From Vitrella brassicaformis CCMP3155 (lineage: Eukaryota; Protista; Chromerida): 64,000 nucleotides of DNA. The notes under the pieces were generated by a model. It was not told the DNA's origin. It searched no databases and saw nothing but the letters and a program-made list of their open reading frames with translations. The position numbers and the translations under genes are program-made. Location of the stretch: NCBI GenBank assembly GCA_001179505.1, contig CDMY01000212.1:102587-166586 (forward strand), written 5' to 3'. Numbering within the stretch: position 1 is the first letter of the stretch; each line of letters begins with the position of its first letter. Positions 62,301-64,000 of this stretch are shown piece by piece.

Positions 62301-63880
62301 ATGCCGATGTGTTGCAGGAAGGAGAGAATGATCAGGAACGCCTTGTTAGGGTCCAAGGCCGCGTCTCGCTCGGCCTGGCTGCTCATGACGCTTCGCGACG
62401 AGACGCCTGACACGTTCTCTGACCTGCCCCTTCGCGGCGCCACATACGAAGTCTTGGCGTAAAAGTACATGGCGATCGGCATCATGACGAGCAGACAAAG
62501 GAGGAAAAAGCCAAAAATGCCACCGCTCATAAAGCATTTTGAGCACCGGCCGCCACTGCCCTGCACACAAGGACGAGATCATCCACCGACATACACACGT
62601 GTGGACATGTGTGTCCTCAGTATGTGCGGCAGATCGGCGCATACGTACGCCTACATACCCTAGTGTATCCTTCTTCGCATCTCCCGCACGCCAGTCCGAC
62701 ACGATGCGCGCTGCAGCTGCGCGGCCCCCCACCGGGACAGCTGGATCGAGGGTTGCACTCGTATATTGTCGGAAAATCGTTGTTGTCACGAATCCGATAC
62801 GACTCCATGTAGTAGCCGGGCTTGGCGCGAGGAGGATCGAATCGGCCTGGGGTAACAAAGAGAAGAGACGAAGACATGACATGTCTCTCTCAATCGAGCG
62901 ACATTCGTGCGCACTGCTCACCCACCTGGGCATTTGTACAGGTTGTCATTGCAGAGCTTGCACGTGCCCCGCGGGAGAGTGGCGTTGACGAGGTCGTTCG
63001 CGCGAATCGTGCCGTTGAACCCATTCGTATAGAGACCTTGAGCGAATAACAGTTTTGCAACGAGAATACAAAGACCCTCCCCTCTGTGTGCGGTGTAGAC
63101 ATAGGCGATTTGATGAGCGTCACCGACCTGTGAAGAAGTATCCGCTTTTGCAGACGCACTGCTTGCGCGAAACGCTCCCCAAAGTATCCGTCGTGCGCGT
63201 CTCGCTGCCTTTCGTACTGCAGGGCTGACAGCTCTGTTCGCCTTTCTGGTCGCTGTAGAAGCCCTTTGCGCACCTCTGGCACGTGGCTGACCCCTGTGCC
63301 TCCGAGAAGAAGCCCTCCTGGCATATCTGACACCCCGCATCGGAGTTGCCGGGGTTGGCAAATCCCGGCGGGCACATCTCGCATGAGGTCTGGCCCTCAA
63401 GCGGCTGACCAGTACCTGCGGGCATACATGAGACATGAGACCAGTCAATATGTGGACGGGCCGCAAGATGACATCAAAACTGGAACAGGGATCGACCCAT
63501 GCTTGTATCAGCTGGCTACCGACCGGGAGGGCAGAAGTCGCATCGAGACGTGTTGGTGACGTCTGAGAAAGTGTTGGCTGAGCAGTTTGCGCAACGCAGA
63601 CCTGAGTGCAACCACGGTTGACGCCCTTTTCAGCTGTTGGTTGGTTGAGTGCGTGAGTGCGTGTGTGAGTGAGAGGCTGACTGATTCACCCCCCCCCCAC
63701 CTGTGTTGAACGTCCCAGGTGGGCATCCAACAAAGCTGAACGAGACACAAGCAGGACATCACTCACCAGCTGTCTCACTGACTCAGACAGAGAAACAGAC
63801 AAACAGACAGACCGACAGGCCCGTCCTTGTTTGTTGGTCTGCCTGTCTTCTGTCTGCCTGTCTGCCTGTGGGCCTATCTA

Positions 63881-63913
<33 letters not shown>

Positions 63914-64000
63914 CCGTCTGTGTTTGTGTAAAGGTCATATGTACGCACCGTGATTGGAAGCTGGGCATGGGGATCTGAATAGGCACTTCGGCAACGGCCT
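59374..64000 (-). CDS. Cysteine-repeat modular protein (CRMP)-like receptor: GCC2_GCC3/ephrin-receptor-like repeats plus multi-pass TM domain; 5'-partial
   Basis: CPAGTGQPLEGQTSCEMCPPGF..CQEGFFSEAQGSATCQRCAKGFYSDQKGEQSCQPC; AKPGYY...YECNPRSSCPGG...G.ACGRCEEGY; TM segments (GIFGFFLLCLLVMMPIAMYFY, FLIILSFLQHIGII, MFIYLLLIVPITWW); Ser-rich tail with stop at 59374. Confidence 0.8.

Noticed and set aside
1-64000. tRNA, rRNA or spliceosomal RNA genes
   Set aside because: No convincing T-loop (GTTCGANTC) in a cloverleaf context and no rRNA-like segment was seen by eye; tRNAscan-SE/Infernal would be needed to exclude them fully.

Overview
Intron-dense eukaryotic nuclear DNA with GC-rich exons and short introns full of (GT)/(CA)/(GTCT)/(GGAT) microsatellites. 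The gene content (RAP, CPW-WPC, HAD-2SCP-2, CRMP-like) points to a free-living relative of Apicomplexa, most likely a chromerid such as Vitrella; this is inference. I assembled about 19 spliced genes by hand from GT-AG boundaries, so most ORF-track entries are exon fragments or microsatellite noise. In order: RAP-domain protein; C-type-lectin type I membrane protein; Patched/NPC1-like SSD protein whose SSD exon is split by a 3.5-kb block carrying nested antisense secreted-protein genes; small Cys-rich secreted protein; signal-peptide GNAT-like protein; axonemal-dynein-light-chain-domain-like protein; peroxisomal HAD-2SCP-2; secreted PAN/Apple-like protein; CPW-WPC gene with a 1-kb inverted partial duplicate; epsilon-COP; eIF1/SUI1; coiled-coil protein; CBM20-SGNH-DUF1796-like protein of cyanobacterial type; acidic hypothetical protein; CAMK-type kinase; multi-GAF protein with an apparently degenerate phosphodiesterase domain; and a partial CRMP-like receptor. 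There are three 300-N gaps, each at a G/C homopolymer. No tRNA, rRNA, CRISPR or transposase was seen. Best leads: the cyanobacterial-type CBM20-esterase-peptidase fusion, the gene-bearing block inside Patched, the CPW-WPC fold-back duplication and the GAF pseudo-PDE.
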